From contig JAHQXC010000057.1 of assembly GCA_029856525.1 (NCBI GenBank), positions 1 to 8,682 on the forward strand: a stretch of 8,682 bases of DNA. Reading direction: 5' to 3'. The first letter of the stretch is position 1; every line of letters starts with the position of its first letter. Shown piece after piece: positions 6,948 to 8,682 of the stretch. The stretch comes from Candidatus Odinarchaeia archaeon (GTDB lineage: Archaea > Asgardarchaeota > Odinarchaeia > Odinarchaeales > Odinarchaeaceae). The notes below the pieces were generated by a model. The model worked only from the letters and a program-made list of their open reading frames with translations. It was not told the DNA's origin and made no database searches. Both the position numbers and the translations under genes were made by a program.

Positions 6948-7727
6948 AAATTAATAAAAATATATTCATATTATAATATCGAAGGTGACGGGACGGTTAA
7001 ATCTGAAACATTAGATGAACACATAGAAGAATGCTTAAAGCTAGTAGAGAATATTGAAAACTCTAAAATCGGAAGGTATATAGTTAAGTTAGCTCCTCAG
7101 CTAAAAGAGTTAACTAGATTTTTAAAGCTAGCGATCATATTTCACGATATGGGTAAAGTATTTTACCAGAATAATTTCATTAAAGAAAATAATTCCAGGT
7201 ATTTATCCTTCACAGGCCACGAATTCATATCCGCGTCATTCTTTGATGAATTTTATATACGCGACACGGCGCTAAGAAAAAATATAATTGGCTTCAATGA
7301 TATAAAGATTAGATACATAGTTGAATTCTCAATACTCTACCATCATCATGCTATGAATACTAGATTAAGATCTGACAATCTATCTTACTTTCAAAAAGGT
7401 TTAAGTATAAGTCAACAGTTATTAGAAGGATTATATTCAAATTTAGAAAGATTTTTTGATATAGAAGGGGATAAAGAAGGCTTTCAGGAAACGTTAAAAA
7501 GCATTTCAAACAGGTTTCAAAAACCTATGACAATTAATGAGCGTAATGAGATTTTACGCAGTGTTTGGAAGGAAATCTGGATTAATAATTTAAATAGAAG
7601 ATTAGGATTACTTTTCCTTAATATTCTTTTAGCAGTGGATAATTTAGCTGCTAGTAGAAAAAGAGGGAGAGGAGGATCTATTTTCCATCAGACTATTGAA
7701 CAATTCTATAACTACTATATCAAATAA
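6948..7727 (+). CDS. cas3'': Cas3'' HD nuclease; true start unresolved (frame open from 6948, the ORF-track start at 7149 is too late)
   Basis: Translation from 6948 gives KLIKIYSYYNIEGDGTVKSETLDEHIEE...IIFHDMGK...GHEFIS...YHHHAM...AVDNLAA, so all expected metal-ligand motifs are present. The first His (7020) and the HD (7143-7148) lie upstream of ATG 7149. There is no in-frame ATG/GTG/TTG in 6948-7148. Confidence 0.88.
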   Translation, partial: KLIKIYSYYNIEGDGTVKSETLDEHIEECLKLVENIENSKIGRYIVKLAPQLKELTRFLKLAIIFHDMGKVFYQNNFIKENNSRYLSFTGHEFISASFFDEFYIRDTALRKNIIGFNDIKIRYIVEFSILYHHHAMNTRLRSDNLSYFQKGLSISQQLLEGLYSNLERFFDIEGDKEGFQETLKSISNRFQKPMTINERNEILRSVWKEIWINNLNRRLGLLFLNILLAVDNLAASRKRGRGGSIFHQTIEQFYNYYIK

Positions 7728-7734
7728 CCTATCG
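7722..7734 (+). repeat. Exact 13-bp copy (AAATAACCTATCG) of the leader end at 12-24 (minus strand)
   Basis: Read directly: 12-24 is CGATAGGTTATTT, the reverse complement of 7722-7734. Confidence 0.75.
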
Positions 7735-7810
7735 CATTTTAATTCTAATTCGAAGAGTTTATCCCCTTCCGCCTAAATATTTATTTTATTGAATTAGTAA
7801 TATTTTATTT

Positions 7811-8682
7811 ATGTTAATTTTAGATAAATCTGATGTCGATAAACGCCTTAAACTATTAAGACAGGAATTATATCAAAGACCTGTAAGTGAAGAGTTAAGA
7901 GGCTGGAATTATGATAAGCCTCCTATTCAGCCGTTCTCTGAGAATATTAAATTCGGTGTCGGTGAACTAGCAGCCAGATACTGTGAGACACTTAGAGATA
8001 TTTATCTTAAACGTGTTTTAAAAATCACTCCTCCAGCAAACATTAAAATGATTACAGGTATAGCTTTACATGAGATAATAAAAAATGTTTTCTTAGAAGT
8101 TAAAAAATTCATATATAATAACCCGGATACAGCTGGCTTAGACTTACTGAATGAGCTTATTATAAAAAATACTGAGATCGCTGAAAATTCTATAAGTAAA
8201 GCTGAGCATGCTATAAGCAAACTAGAATCATATGATAAAGCGGAATTATTCAAGAAATGCGTTTCAACATATAATTTTCTAATCATACAGGCCGCCGCCG
8301 TCTATGATCAAACGCTTTCAAAATTTCGCTTCGCTGAAGCTGATTCTATAGTTAATATAGCTGTTCCGCCTGTAGCTGAAAGAAAAGTCGACGGATCTTT
8401 AATAGGGCTTTCAGGAGAGCTAAGCGTTGACGTTTACACGCCTTTCAATGCGATCATGGATATTAAAACAGGTGAAATTCGAAATTTTCACCCTCTAACC
8501 GCTGCAGGATACGCCTTAGCCTTAGAGTGTAGTGAAAACACGCCGGTAGATTTCGGTTTCATAGTATACTTAAAATTCGATAGACAAATACCAGCTTTTA
8601 TAACAAAATACTTTATTGTAAGCGACGAGCTAAGACGTGAATTCATAGATATAAGAGATGAAGCTTCAGATATTGTTGAAAA
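7811..8682 (+). CDS. csa1: Csa1 (Cas4a), Cas4-like adaptation protein of type I-A; 3' end outside the window
   Basis: My translation is open from ATG 7811 to the window end: MLILDKSDVDKRLKLLRQELYQRPVSEELRGWNYDKPP...RYCETLRDIYLKR...GLSGELSVD...MDIKTG...GYALALE...PVDFGFIVYL...SDELRREFIDIRDE. These are Csa1 hallmark motifs with a RecB-like D..DxK site. Absent from the ORF track because there is no stop codon in the window. Confidence 0.92.
   Translation, partial: MLILDKSDVDKRLKLLRQELYQRPVSEELRGWNYDKPPIQPFSENIKFGVGELAARYCETLRDIYLKRVLKITPPANIKMITGIALHEIIKNVFLEVKKFIYNNPDTAGLDLLNELIIKNTEIAENSISKAEHAISKLESYDKAELFKKCVSTYNFLIIQAAAVYDQTLSKFRFAEADSIVNIAVPPVAERKVDGSLIGLSGELSVDVYTPFNAIMDIKTGEIRNFHPLTAAGYALALECSENTPVDFGFIVYLKFDRQIPAFITKYFIVSDELRREFIDIRDEASDIVE

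Noticed and set aside
7149-7727. 192-aa Cas3'' as given by the ORF track
   Set aside because: It starts one codon after the HD motif and would lack three metal ligands. The conserved frame extends back to 6948.
8002-8286. 94-aa minus-strand ORF
   Set aside because: Antisense to the well-supported csa1 ORF.
1-8682. Mobile element, toxin gene, tRNA/rRNA or a novel cas gene
   Set aside because: All long ORFs are accounted for by the standard type I-A set. The intergenic gaps are too short for an extra gene, and I see no transposase, integrase or structural RNA signature.

Overview
AT-rich archaeal (Thermoproteota-like, by inference) DNA holding a type I-A CRISPR-Cas locus. Gene order: probable CRISPR leader with what may be the first 11 nt of a repeat at the window edge (minus strand), cas6 (+), csa3 CARF-wHTH regulator (-, convergent with cas6), then a divergently transcribed interference operon csa5(cas11)-cas7(csa2)-cas5a-cas8a-cas3' (helicase)-cas3'' (HD nuclease), then csa1/cas4a (missing from the ORF track, truncated by the window end). 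The gene set is a known system, not a new one. The unusual points are at fine scale. (1) The HD nuclease frame continues in frame directly behind the TGA of cas3' and has no ATG/GTG/TTG before its catalytic residues. (2) The 83-bp cas3''-csa1 gap starts with an exact 13-bp copy of the leader end and contains a 12-nt stretch complementary to cas3''. (3) The csa3/csa5 divergent promoters are mirror images with a near-palindrome between them. (4) A 10-bp inverted repeat brackets the cas6/csa3 tail overlap. (5) Synonymous codon use changes sharply along cas6.
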